From Octopus vulgaris (Eukaryota): DNA of 64,000 bases. Positions within the stretch are counted from its first letter, which is position 1. The number at the start of each line of letters is the position of its first letter. Where the stretch lies: the NCBI GenBank assembly GCA_951406725.2, contig OX597829.1, positions 41,106,001 through 41,170,000 on the forward strand, given 5' to 3'. Both the position numbers and the translations under genes were made by a program. This document shows positions 11,301 to 44,386 of the stretch, piece after piece. A model generated the notes under the pieces. That model was given only the letters and a program-made list of their open reading frames with translations. It made no database searches and had not been told where the DNA came from.

Positions 11301-12876
11301 TTTTTTTAAAGTTAGCAGGGAGTAATTTAAGGGAGATCTGTTACTTTTTCGTTAGCTGAGTAACCATGTAACGGTTCCATTATCCTTCAAGGAATCAGTT
11401 GCTAATTTATAGATTCAGCACAACTGATGGAAAAAAAAAGTCAATGAATAAATAATTTAAAAACACATGGGAAAATTAATACAAGGAATGTGCACACACC
11501 TACCTGATATCCCACCCTCTATACGCATGCACATGTATATCATGACTCATACACTCTTCACTTTCCTGACAAGTTTGTACATAATTCTATGTACTGTACG
11601 TGCCCCTTTGACGAGTCGTAGTGCACCTGGGCACTATACACATTAATTTCATTAATATTTTCAAAGGAGGAGACAACTCTACGCAAACTAACGTCATACC
11701 ACTTATGATAGATTTTGTACCTAGCAAATTCTCGGGAGAAAAGTGCTATGGTTCACACGCGTGTAAATTAAAAAAAAAATACAGCGTCTGCAGTACCTAA
11801 AATGCCATGAGGTTTCATCTCTGAAAATCAGTATCAGAGTGGTTAATTGATTTGCAAGACTACAACTAACACTAAACCATGTGAAGAAAAAAAAAAAAAA
11901 AAAAAAAAAAATCTTTCTCACTAACATTACTGTCCTCACTGAAACTTGCCAAAAACAAAAAAAAAAATCTACCCCTCCCACACACTCTCCTCCCAATTAA
12001 TGATTGAGTGGTTGGCATCAGAGCAAAGGATATTCCATCAAAAATGAGACTAACAAATATGGCTTGAGGTTTTTTTGGAGGTTTTTTTTCTTTTTTTCTT
12101 TTTTTTTAGATTCATTCATCCACATCTTGTGTTTTATTTGCAGGTTTTGGTTTGGGGGAACTTTATTCTTTGGGTAAGTGGTGGTGGTGGTGGGGATTTG
12201 CTGGGAAAAGGTGGGGTTAATGGTTAAAACAGCCACTACTTTTTTTTGACTTTTTCATGTGAGACCTTTAGTTTTCAGTACATATATAATCATTTTAGTT
12301 TGTTTTCAAAAAAAAAAATATTTTCAAGTGGATCTTGAACCCAAACTCAGAACTTTATAGTAATCAAATCATTGCAGTGAATTACACCATATCTTTGGTA
12401 ACTGGCATTACCAAAGGGAGGAACACTACCTCCAAAAAAAAAAAAAAAAAAAAAACAGGTACATATCTAACCTTCTGAAGTTTTTCAAGTTCAAAACCTA
12501 ACAAGAAATGTTCATAAAAAGGTGTGTGTGTGTGTATTTGTATATGCATGTGTAATTCAGTGCATGTTGAAATTGAAATGAGTATGTATGTGCATTTGTG
12601 GGTATGTATTCATCTGTGTGTGTATATGATATACATGCAATTAAAATAGAGCATCTGACAAGGTAATAAACTATATCAAATCAATATGAGAATGAACATT
12701 ATAGTAAGGAGAGTGAGGAACTTGCTCAACAAAGAGGGAGGAACATTGCTAAACAAATTTCTCACTATCCACTTTTTATCTTTCTCCTTCACGTCTTCCT
12801 CTTCCCTTTTTTACTCTTTGTTTCCTCCTCTTCCATATTTTGACTCCCCCACACACACACCTACCCCAGGGATCGT

Positions 12877-32633
<19,757 letters not shown>

Positions 32634-32688
32634 TTAATTGCAGATGTATAAGTTATTACAGTAGACACAATGAAATAAGAGGAAAATA

Positions 32689-33116
32689 AGATCTTTTCGG
32701 TTTGAACGGCAGTTTTTTCTAGCGGTGTCATATGAAATTGTCACCCATAATTATGACCCTAGTATTGATCTATTGCATTTCAATACGTTTTAGGGTTAGG
32801 GTTGGTTAGGGGTAGGGGTGGAGGGAAGGGTATCTTTTTTTCTTCACAAATGTAAATAAACCCAATCTGTTTCTTAAACGAGGGACATATTCATACGGCA
32901 AAGAATGTTTTCACCTAAAATAGACGTCATTGATTGGTTGAAATTGCAGAAATTGAAGAGAGAAAAACAACAAATATCTTACAAACTAGAATTTTCTCAA
33001 TAAAGCCAAGAGAAAAAGATGTTTTATAAACACATTCTACTAGTATACGAAGTTTAAAAGTGTTTAGTTAGGTGGAGATTATTTTTTAAAAACTGCTGGT
33101 CAAACCGAAAAGATCC
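32689..33116. mobile_element. M1 MITE
   Basis: TIRs; 8-bp TSD GGAAAATA. Confidence 0.9.
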
Positions 33117-33470
33117 GGAAAATATATGTTTGATTCAGATGTCTTAAAAGAATATCTGATAATTTAAAGAACAGAAATTAAAAATATAAATTTTCACCGC
33201 ACAAAGAGAATTTTATTGATTTCTATGTGATTTATCTCTAAATTTGCCATGATACTTTAATAAAAAAAATATGATGCATTATACCAAGTGCTGAAATAAA
33301 AAGCACGAGTGTGTGATTCAGAAGCTAGCTATTTAACCACATGGTTTCAGGTTAAATTCCACTGTATGGCACGCTGTGCATATTTTTTTTTTTTTGTTTA
33401 TAGCTCTAAAATGACTAATGCCTTGTGAGTGAATTTGGTAGACAGAAACTGTAGCGAAGCCAATGAGAAA

Positions 33471-33703
33471 AAGGTGGCTAGCTGGCAGAAACGTTAGCAT
33501 GCCCGGCGAAATGCTTAGCGGTATTTCGTCTGCCGCTACGTTCTGAGTTCAAATTCCGCTGAGGCCAATTTTGCCTTTCATCCTTTCGGAGTCGATAAAT
33601 TAAGTACCAGTTACGCACTGGGGCCGATGTAATCGTCTTAATCCCTTTGTCTGTCCTTGTTTGTCCCCTCTGTATTTAACCCCTTGTGGGCAATAAAGAA
33701 ATA
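33471..33703 (+). mobile_element. SINE family B nested in a diverged SINE A (~33305-33935)
   Basis: Family B head and body, with family A pieces on both sides. Confidence 0.8.
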
Positions 33704-34604
33704 AGAAACTGTAGAGAAGCCTATCACAATGTGTGTTCCCCCTACCCATCACTTGCAAACCAGTGTTGGCTTGCTTATGTCCCCATAACTTAGTGGTTTG
33801 ATGAGAGACTGATAGAATAAGTACAAGACTTTAAAAAAAAAGAAAGAAAACTAAGTAGTATTGTGAATTTGTTTAACTCTGTCAAGGCAGTACCTTAGCA
33901 TGGCTGCAATCCAATGACTAAAACCAATAAAAGATTTTGAGATAGAAAGCATATTTACAAGTGGCATATGATCAAAATGCCCACCAGTTTACTAAGCATT
34001 TAAGATATTCTCTCAGTTCATGATTTAAAACTAAACTCAAATGTTCTACATTCAATTGTCAATGAATGTGCTCTAAATATTTCCTCATGAAATTTTAAAA
34101 ATAATTAGCAAAGACAATATGTTATTACTATACAGCTTAAAATAATTAGGCATATTTCTAGCCCAACCACTGGAGTCCTCCTTTAACATCTTACTCCAAT
34201 AACATAAAGCAGTGTTTTATCCTCTTAGCTTGCCGTTATCAGTCTCTATTAAACTATTCCTGAAATGCATATCTATCAATGTTATAATTAAAGTTTTGTA
34301 ATAAAAATTTATAGAGGCTTCTTAATCTACAAAGTTTAGATTAGTCCCCAACTATTTCCTCATATATGGAAAAAAAAAAAAGAAACAAGCCACTCCCTTC
34401 GATCACCAACATTACTAAATGTTTTTAACAGGAGAAGCTACTCATATTACCATGGGTGCAGGCATAGTTGTGTGATTTTTATATCTGCTCATGGTTTCAT
34501 GTTCAATTCAATTACATCAGGGAAAGGAGAGGATCAAGATCAATTCAGAAAACCTTTCAATGTCATATGGTATCACTTACACATTTACTGAACAGCAGCA
34601 TTAA

Positions 34605-34987
34605 AGTGGAGGCGCAATGGCCCAGTGGTTAGGGCAGCGGACTCGCGCTCGGAGGATCATGGCTTTGATTCCTAGACCGGGTGTTGTGTGTGTTTATTGA
34701 GCGAAAACACCTAAAGCTCCACGAGGCTCCGGCAGGGGGTGGTGGCAACCCCTGTTGTACTCTTTCGCTCCAACTTTCTCTCACTCTTTCTTCCTGCTTC
34801 TTGTCCCCGACTTCCTACTCAACCGCTGAGCCTGGATGCGCATTCATCCATCCGTCGATGCTCTTGGAGTCGGGGGGGGGGGGGGGCTGCTTTCTCTTCT
34901 GCGGGTCTTACGAATAGCAAAGGACCACGTTTCGGACTTCTCCCATCTTGCGAGATCTGGGACGAAGACCGTTCACTCAATCAAACA
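34605..34987 (+). mobile_element. tRNA-derived SINE family D
   Basis: A box TGGCCCAGTGG, degenerate B box; 14-bp TSD AACAGCAGCATTAA. Confidence 0.85.
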
Positions 34988-35237
34988 AACAGCAGCATTA
35001 AGAATACATTAATCATGAGAATAACGTACAGACTGGGAGTAAAATTTGTAAAATAGTATTAGTTTCAAAACAATGTTCGACGTGATGCCCAAAGTGCTGG
35101 ACTAGTATCATTTTTAAGTATAATAAATGAATCTTCTGTTTCAACAATAAGTGTTTCAAATGTTCGATCACCTGAGCTGCCTTCTCGGATTGAATTTAAA
35201 ATGGTTTGTCTACAATGCTACCTTTGAATTAAACTAT

Positions 35238-35645
35238 TCTCTCTTTTTACTTTTTTACTTGTTTCAGTCATTTGACTGCGGCCATGCTGGAGCACCGCCT
35301 TTAGTCGAGCAAATCGACCCCGGGATTTATTCTTTTGTAAGCCCAGTACTTATTCTATCGGTCTCTTTTGCCGAACCGCTAAGTGATGGGGACGTAAACA
35401 CACCAGCATCGGTTGTCAAGCAATGCTAGGGGGACAAACACACTCACGCAAACACACACACGCATATATATATACATATATACGACAGGCTTCTTTCAGT
35501 TTCCATCTACCAATTCCACTCACAAGGCATTGGTTGGCCCGGGGCTATAGCAGAAGACACTTGCCCAAGATGCCACGCAGTGGGACTGAACCCAGAACCA
35601 TGTGGTTGGTAGGTAAGCTACTTACCACACAGCCACTCCTGCGCC
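35238..35645 (-). mobile_element. tRNA-derived SINE family A (full length)
   Basis: Matches 22445-22849. Confidence 0.9.
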
Positions 35646-35735
35646 ATATTCAATTTAAATACAGAGAGTTTCTGAAAGAGGTAGAGACCAACTTTATTTT
35701 CATTTTAGGTTGTCTTTCTCAGTGAAAGTTTAACA

Positions 35736-36979
35736 CAGGGTCTTGCAAATAAATTGAAACCAATTTTGAGCAATTGACTTATTGGGGTATAACATTTCAC
35801 TTTTTTGACAAAACCTTGTTTGCTTGAAAATCTAACCCTCCTCTTTATTTTTCAGGTAAATTAGCAAACTGATTCAAGAACAGAAAGTCATGGAACAACA
35901 GAATCATTCCACCATTGTTGCTTTGGCACATGCCAGGCACACTGCCAATAAAATTGTTAAGTTGTTGAAACTTCCAAAAAGCAACAATTTATCATGTGTA
36001 TGAACAATTTAAGAGAGAAAGATTGATAGAAAAGAACACAAGACTCAAAGCGATTCCAAGTGCAATCCAAAGTTTCTCACTGGCGTCAATGCTCGATTGA
36101 AGCCAATCCATCTGCATCCAATGACAACTCTTGCAAAGAAACACAATGTGTCCCTTTCCACAAGGTCTAGAGCTGTGAGCAAGAACCTTGGCATGACTAG
36201 CTATGTTTGCCACTGCTGTCACCTCCTAACAGCCAAGGCCAAAGCAATCAGAGCCAAAAGATGCCCAAAGATTCTGTCATTCATCAAGCAGCAAGGTTCA
36301 GGAAAAATCCTCATATTTATGAATGATCAGTTCACTGTGGACACCGAGGCAAATCACAGAAATTCATGAATGATTGCATACAACCCTTCTGACGTCACCA
36401 CTGTGTTTGAGACTAAGAATCCTGCCTCTGTGATGGTATTTGGAACTGTGGCGAGTGATGGAAATGTCATTGAGTCTGGCTTGAAGATCAGCACAAAGGC
36501 GTATCTGGATATCTTGAAGAACTATTACTTTGAATGGAGCAGAAGTTTGTGCTTATCCAGGATTTTGCACTATACCATGGGTCAAAAGCAACACTGGCCT
36601 TCCTTGGTGAGAAGGTGCCATTTTTTATGAGGGTCAACATCTGGCCCAATAATAGCCCAGATCTCAACCTTCTCAATTACATTTTATGGGGCATACCGCA
36701 AGCAAGGACCAATGCTTCACCACACTTGAATATCAACAGTTTGATAACCAACATCATGCATGTGACACACTAATTCAAAAGGGCAGAGGTTGCAGCAGTT
36801 ACAAAAAAATTTATTTTTCATGTGGAAGCAGTAATTGCCCAAAAGGGCAACCATATTGAGTGATGTTTTTGTTGAAATAAATGTTACATTAAAATTATAT
36901 CTGTCTATCATTATTTTAGTATTTATAACCAATTTTATGCATCATAAAAAATTGACTCAAATTTATCTACAAGGCCCTG
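35736..36979 (+). mobile_element. Decayed Tc1/mariner transposon (DD37D/maT-like)
   Basis: Imperfect TIRs CAGGGTCTTGCAAATAAATT / AATTTATCTACAAGGCCCTG; frameshifted transposase motifs KNPASVMVFGTV and WPNNSPDLNLLNYILWG. Confidence 0.8.
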
Positions 36980-38610
36980 AATCTTTTAATATTGTTTTAA
37001 AATGTTTATTTCAAAAAAATATTTATTTCATATTCTACAAACTCAGCATATACATTGTATAATATCTACATTTACTTTGATGGCTTCTCCAGACACAATG
37101 TTCTGTTTTCATCACTATATGTCTTTCTGGGTGTACAGCTGAATTTTCTTTGATCTGCAAATATTATCAGTTTTGTTGGATCACCATTCTGCTGACAGCA
37201 ACATATAATTGTCAATGTGTGAACATTAGAGTCAGAAAATACAATCTGTGTTTCTTTAACTCTTTAGTGTTTAAATTATTCTGTTAAATGTAAATACTTC
37301 TTCATTCAAATTCATCATCATGAACTTGAATTAATCATGCATTATCTAATAGCTTTGAGGTTTCAATAATGTCACTATTTATTTTTAGAGTGTCGATGTA
37401 GGGTAGGTGTGAAAGGCTACATATCAACAGTTTGAATATAAAACATGTAGAATATTTGAGCTGGATGTGGCTGGTTCAAACACTAAAGGGTTAAACTTTG
37501 TCCTTGATTTATTTAATCAACGTATCAAAAGCAGGCTTTATAGGAAACTGCAATATTCTTAGACTTTTAGATTCATTTTAGAATGATAAATCATTGTCAG
37601 GTTATTGAAGAGAAATCCAAAGAATCATTAGCTTTCTCCCAGTATCAACACTGCTAATTCAGCTGTTGCTTAGTCAATTGTTAGCAGCAATAAGCACCAT
37701 GTACCAAAGTACCATTGCAGTGATAATTTATGTTGTCTAATTTCAAAAAGGTAATACTAGTTCTCCTGTTTTGTTTTTAATGATATGTGGTGGTAGACCA
37801 CTTGTATTTGGTGAATTCAAAAATTCTGTATGTCAAGAATTTCTACCACTGAGTTTACACTTAATATAATCTCATTTCCAGGAAATTCAGAATTTCATTG
37901 TTTTGTTGATCAACTTAGTCATTTTTTTAAAAGTGAGAATAAATTTGGGGGACAGCCATTGTTAATTTTAGTAGTGTGTTGTTAGTCAGTATAAACAAAC
38001 TAAGCTAAATCTTCTTTGGAATTCACTGTTAGCAGGGTGGAATTGTGGTGGTGCCTGTGAAAGTTGTATCAGTATTAATGCTGTTTGGAACCCTTTGTCC
38101 AGTTACAGCAGCTAGTTTGTATGATGGTTTAGCAGATTAACCCTTTAGCTTTCAGATTATTCTATCAAATGTAAGGCTTATTTATTCACATAGTTTTGAA
38201 TTTATCCTGCATTACCTTGTAGCTTTTGAGATTTTGATTATGCTACTGTATATTTTTTAGATCTAACATTGTAAGGTAAGGTGTGAGAAGCAGGATCTGG
38301 TCAGTTTGAACATAAAACAGGTAAAATATCTCAGCCAGATATGGCTGGTTTAAATGTAGTAAAATTAATGCACAAACAATTGAGAACTCTCATTGTCTGG
38401 ATATGCAAAAGCTTCACAGTGACTCCAAATGGAAGACCTTTTATGCATGCATGCAATTATTGAGAATTTTTTGATCTTTACAGACAACTGAGAGAATCTT
38501 CCAACATTTCTGATGGAGACTAAAAGCTTCCCTCTAAGAAGTTTCTCATTGCTCATAACATCTTGAACATGCTTTCAGATGTTAGTAGCACACTGGGACT
38601 TCGGCCCATT

Positions 38611-38824
38611 CCTATTTCTTTACTACCCACAAGGGGCTAAACACAGAGGAGACAAACAAGGACAGACAGATGGATTAAGTAGATTATATCGACCCCAGCG
38701 CATAACTGGTACTTATTTAATCGACCCCGAAAGGATGAAAGGCAAAGTCGACCTCGGCAGAATTTGAACTCAGAACGTAGCAGCAGACAAAATACTGCTA
38801 AGCGTTTCTGCCAGCTTGCCGCCT
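38611..38824 (-). mobile_element. SINE family B
   Basis: Matches the 5868-6439 unit. Confidence 0.85.
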
Positions 38825-40118
38825 TGATACCATACCAGTGGCTGAAAATTATGCAGAGAAAAACCAACTGTATCAAAAGATATATGATACGTTGATGTTG
38901 ATTTTTACCAGAATGGAAACTCAACTCAAAATAAAAATGGGCAATTCAGCCACTGATGATGTAAAAGCAAAAGGTAATTTGGTAAGGTTTACAAACATAG
39001 GACAGTAGAAAGTTCAACAGGAGAGTTTTGCCAGTCTCTGCTGGAGCAGCAATAAATTATCAGGTCACCTTCATTGTTGCAGTTTCTCTTTTGATTGACC
39101 CAAAACAATTCTATATCCATGATTGGGTATTTTAAGGTGGTGAGCTGGCGGAATCGCTACTGCACTGGAAAAAAATATTTAGTGGCAATTATTCCATTTT
39201 TAACACTGAGTTCAAATTCCACCAAGGTTGACTTTGCTTTCAGAGATCATGAAATAAGTACTAGTTGAGCATTGAGGTTGATGAAATCAACTAGCCCTGC
39301 CAGCTTGAAAACCTTTGAAGAGCATTTTCTGTGATTGGTGTGTGAATCCAAAGGCATTCTACAGAAAAACATCTTTTCACTGAATGAGGAAGTCAAAAAG
39401 TTTTCATCATGATTCAGATTATCTAAAGTACCCGCAATTTTCATATTTAATGATCTCATCTTGCTGATTTGCATCACCAATATTAAGAGAAACTCATTCT
39501 TATTTTCCTTCTAGTGAGACTATGGAATGGTCTGTGCCTTTGACTACATCTTTTGATATAGAGGGCCAACGCTCTCGTTATATAAAAGAATCAACTGAAA
39601 TGGTTCTGACATGTAATGCAAATGTGCGACTTGTATCTTCTATGCAGGATCCTAACGATCAGTTACACAATGGCCAATGCTGGCTTGAAGACCAACTTGA
39701 AGATATGCTCTAACACATTTTTTCTAAATGGAAAAGTTATGTATCCCTTTTACTGCAAGATACCTGTTTTGGTCCTTCTATCATACTTTAGAACTTATCA
39801 CCTGATATAGAGTCACCTCTCCCAATAGCATGTCCCCCCCACCCACTCAGTTGAGTGATCTTGACTTGTGAGCTACTTGGTGGCCTTACTAGCATCCAGT
39901 ATACTGTGTGAAGGACATCAGGCACTGAAACCACATCAAAGCAGACATTGGACTTGGCACAGTCATCTGGCTAATTGGTTCCTATCCATTTATCCAACCC
40001 ATGCCAGTATTGAAAACAGAGGTTAAATGATGATAATGAGAAGTATTCACCATTACAAGAAGGCATTAATACAGAGTTACACATGGCTTCTTCAACAAAA
40101 CACACACGTTATTTATAA

Positions 40119-40157
<39 letters not shown>

Positions 40158-40610
40158 TATGTTAGTTTAAGAAGATTCTGAAATAAGCTTAAGAATATCA
40201 ATGAAACATTTACTGCTAGGTAAAAATCTATACTCTAAATGGAATCAAATTTATTGTAAAATTCATTTTGATTGAGACAAAGATTCACCCAATGTCTTAT
40301 TTAAGCAGACCTGTTTGAATAAATCATCAGGCAAAATATGTGTCGAAGTGTGAGCATGCACATACACCGCCCACACACAAACATGATTACTTCATCAGAT
40401 GATATGAAGCATCTGCACATCACTGGATTATAACAACAGTCTACCATCTAGACTTTTCCAATAAAAGGTCACCTACAAATTACTGATGTTTTGATTTGAG
40501 TTTTCCTCAATGGCTATCAATTTTTGATACATTAAATATACCAATCTGCTTGAACCAACATAGTGGGCTCTATATTAGATAATGTTTTCAATACATGTAA
40601 TATATTTTAC

Positions 40611-40970
40611 ATCATCATCGTTGTTTAACATCTGCTTTCCATGCTAGCATGGGTTGGACGATTTGAGCGAGGTCTGGCAAACCAGATGGCTGCACCAGAC
40701 TCCAATCAGATCTGGCAGAGTTTCTACAGCTGGATGCCCTTCCTAACGCCAACCACTCCAAGAGTGTAGTGGGTGCTTTTACGTGCCACTGGCACAGGGG
40801 CCAGTCAGGCAGTACTGGCGATGGCCACGCTCAAATGGTGCTTTTTATGTGCCACCTGCACAGTAGCCAGTCCAGCGGCACTGGCAACGACCTCGCTCGA
40901 ATGTTTCTTCACGTGCCACAAGCACAAGTGCTAGTAGGCGACGCAGGTAATGATCACGCTCGAATACTCT
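40611..40970 (-). mobile_element. RTE 3'UTR-derived repeat
   Basis: Same core; CAT tail. Confidence 0.85.
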
Positions 40971-42823
40971 TACATTATGACCATCATATATGTCCAAATG
41001 TACAGAAAACAAAAGACAAAGACAAGTGAGGGAACAACAAGCAGGTATATTAATTGAAACTTGGGAAGAATGTAAAAGTCCCCAATGTCTTGAGCCTACG
41101 CTCTTTGACAATGGGACAAGAAGAAAAAAATGGAGAGAGAGAAAAAAAAACATAAAATGTATAGTTTTATATATAAAAATTAAACATTAAATTAAATGAT
41201 CACTCAAAAACTTTGAGAAGAGTAACATTTTCACAGGAAAAAGGTTGACAGTAACTTCAAAGATTCAGGTAGTCAAAACTTCATAAGTGACAACATTTTC
41301 ATCTAGTAAATATCAAGTGGGTGACTGTGTGTATTGACGCCTCCAAAATGAGCAATATTACTGTTAAAGGCATGAAAGTGTAATGATTTCTGGACGATAA
41401 TTGACGAGAAAAGAGCAGGTTTTGTGTGTAAATTTCCCGTTTGTTCCTTTGTTGTGCTTTTGTTCAATTTTTTAATCTTAATGTAACGCCATGCATCCAT
41501 CTTGTTCGTACTTATTGACACCCTCTGCATACACACAAACTTTATTACATACATTGTCAATTGAAAATGAATCATAGATCAGCCAAGGAATATGGATATC
41601 AGAAGCCTTTTCCTTCTCTCCAATGACAATTGCTATATTTTGGAATTTACCAATGTTAAATACGTTGGTGCTGAGAGTAAAGTTGGAGGAACAATACATA
41701 ATTTAACAGATTCTGAAAGGTATAAAAGTCATAGCATACTCCATTCACATTTTGTCGTGTCTTTTACCCTACCATTAATGAGACTACTAGACAAGACAAA
41801 AGGAAATCACAACTTGGACATCAAAACAAGGAAGATATCAACTACTGCTGCTATATTGCACATCAATGACAAGAGAATATTTGTTAGATAATGGCTGTGA
41901 TACAACATCGGTCTTCAACATTGGTAAAAATGATCTTTCGGAGCTGCATTGAATCATTCAGACCTACACCTACTGAACAGCAAAGGGGGTAAAAAAAAAA
42001 AAAGTGGGGAAAAGAGGACATCGTATAACGGGGTCAACAGCGAAGACACTTTGAAAGTAGACGAAGAATTCTTCAATAGGTTCTTTAAGAGTACAATTCT
42101 TCCAACTAATCTACTTATAGAGAGATTTGTGGAAGCCCTCAACGGAAAGTTATACGTGGGTGCATATCCCTTAAAACAAGGGATACTGTCATTGAAATCA
42201 GGAAGAATAACTTTCCCTAGAGATGTGATAGAAATATCACAACTCGGTTACGCCCTCGCTATTCAGGAATAGGTGATAACTATTTGATAAATAAACGAGA
42301 TAAGAAACATCTTCAAACTTGTGTTGCAACTGACAACGCTGGCTGTGTCATTCCAATATAAAAAATAAATAAAAAACACATTATTAACAGGTAATATTCG
42401 TAGGTAATATTGACTCCATGGTCATACCAAAATAAACCCCCACCGTTAGGCCTTCACCAAAATAGAGACCAGTAGTTGAGCATTCAAATAATAAAAACAA
42501 TATGGTGCAAAGAAAACAGACCCGAATGATATTGGGAATTAAAAGTCAGATTGTTGCAAAGATCAGATTCCCAGTAGACTATAGAGGTCTCTTCGACAGT
42601 CGAAGGAAAAATGAATATAGCTGTCGTTACAGCCTTAAATCCTCATCAGTGGGCTACGCAACAACTTGGTTACATAAAAAAAATAAAACATGGAAATGTC
42701 GGGAGCTTAAGAAGAAAGAACTCGAATCCTGAAATGTAATTGATAAGAAGTATAGCGATGATCTGTACATCCACAGATACATATTCATACATGAGTACAC
42801 GTACATGCATATTCACATATACG

Positions 42824-42857
<34 letters not shown>

Positions 42858-43638
42858 CAAAGATTCTCATAGTAACTCATACACACATCTTCGAATCGTC
42901 TTGACTCGAAAAGAGAAGAAGCCATTTCACTTTTTGAATTTTGCGATTAACTTGCATCTCAATAATGAATAAATAAATAAATTGAAATAAAATAAACACG
43001 CAATCATACATTCTAACAATTTGAAACTCAAATGTTGTCTTGCAGCGAGGGAGGGGTGGTGGTGGTGCAAAAAAAGAAAGAACTGCAGTGAATGAATCAA
43101 TGTTAGATGAACTTGGAGAGAGTATAGAGAAAAAAGACCAATGTTTGGTGTTGAAAAATAAACAAACATCTTGTTTTCTGAATTTAAAAAAACCAAGTTA
43201 ATAAATATTAAATCGATCGTTGATGTGTGTGTACATATATAAATGTAATTACATCCATACGCACTGGCTAAGGAAGTAGTTTATTCATAACCTTAAAAGA
43301 ACAGTTGCTTCCATTTCGCCAATAACACTGACTGCTACATACAACAGAGAAATCGATTTCAAGATATGTTTTATTAAAAATAAACCTTTCGATAGTTTAA
43401 TTAACACAATTCTCTTTTCTTCTGTCTATAATCTCCCTATCTTTAAAATAATAGGGGTGAGACGGTCGAAAAGTGCACTGATGTTTTATATAAGGGGGGT
43501 ATACGCCCACCACACAATAATTAATAAGTAAACCCATTCACGTTCATTGATTAGATTTAAGCTGAATGGGGTTTATAGTAGACAGTTACACAGAGGAAAT
43601 ATTATATAGTATGGCTTAAATGTATATATGTTTCTTAC

Positions 43639-43750
43639 CTGCTTTAATTTAGTTTTTCTTTGGTACTAGAACATAGTTTCAATTCTATTGCAGAGCGGCC
43701 GCTGAGTGTTAAACGGGAACCAACCAAACCCACTTCCAGCGCACTATATA
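43639..43750 (-). other. AP2M1: Putative non-coding first exon of AP2M1 (5' boundary approximate)
   Basis: Strong donor CAG|GTAAGA at 43639/43638 next to a CpG-containing promoter-like patch; the ATG exon has an upstream acceptor, so a 5'UTR exon is required. Confidence 0.6.
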
Positions 43751-44360
43751 ATGGCGTCAATACTATTGAAAACGTCTAAGAGCTTGTCGGATAATTAGTA
43801 ACACCCCCTTTTTTTAAAGTTAATTCTAAAACTAGATTGGGAATAATTTTTCATTATTTATCTGAAAAAAATAATTAACAACGTATTTAGATTCAAATAA
43901 AAATGTTTATTTGTTTATTCACCGAATTTATACGAACATCGTACGAGCGAATAAAAAACCGGAAGTAGCGAAAATAGTGACATATTTTTCAATTTTTATT
44001 TAAATTTAAAGAATAAAAATATTTTACACATTTGTGCATATTTTTCGCTTTAATTTTGATTTATAAGCAATTTCGTACAATAATTTAATATAATAATAAA
44101 TCACATGAAATTACTTCTAAAACGTCAGCAAATTATGCAGTAAATATGTAATAAATATATATCAAATTTAAATATTCAAATACAATTTAATCTCACAATT
44201 ATTAATTATAGCCATTAAAAAAACCAACATTTTTTTTAAAGATATTATTTTTTTAAATTATTACAAAATTATTTTTCATACTAATTATCTAAGACGGGAA
44301 GCATACTATTAGCCCGTATCGTTATAAAGAATCAGCCTCGTTGTGCTTCTAATCCTTTTT
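43750..44360. promoter_or_regulatory. Bidirectional promoter shared by AP2M1 (-) and RPL22 (+)
   Basis: Head-to-head first exons ~600 bp apart; YY1-like AATGGCG at 43750-43756; ETS/GABP-type CCGGAAGT at 43959-43966; TCT/5'TOP-like CCTTTTT at 44354-44360; second YY1-like site at 44586-44593 in RPL22 intron 1. Confidence 0.7.
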
Positions 44361-44377
44361 AACTTAAAGCTTGAATC

Positions 44378-44386
44378 ATGCCAGCT
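44378..44386 (+). CDS. RPL22: RPL22 exon 1 coding part (MPA)
   Basis: ATG CCA GCT then GTAAGT, ~23 nt after a polypyrimidine TCT-like start. Confidence 0.8.

Noticed and set aside
34606-34680. tRNA gene
   Set aside because: It is the tRNA-derived head of a TSD-flanked SINE with a degenerate B box; the same applies to the other SINE heads
39290-39800. Possible decayed transposase fragment
   Set aside because: No recognisable motif or TIR could be established by eye
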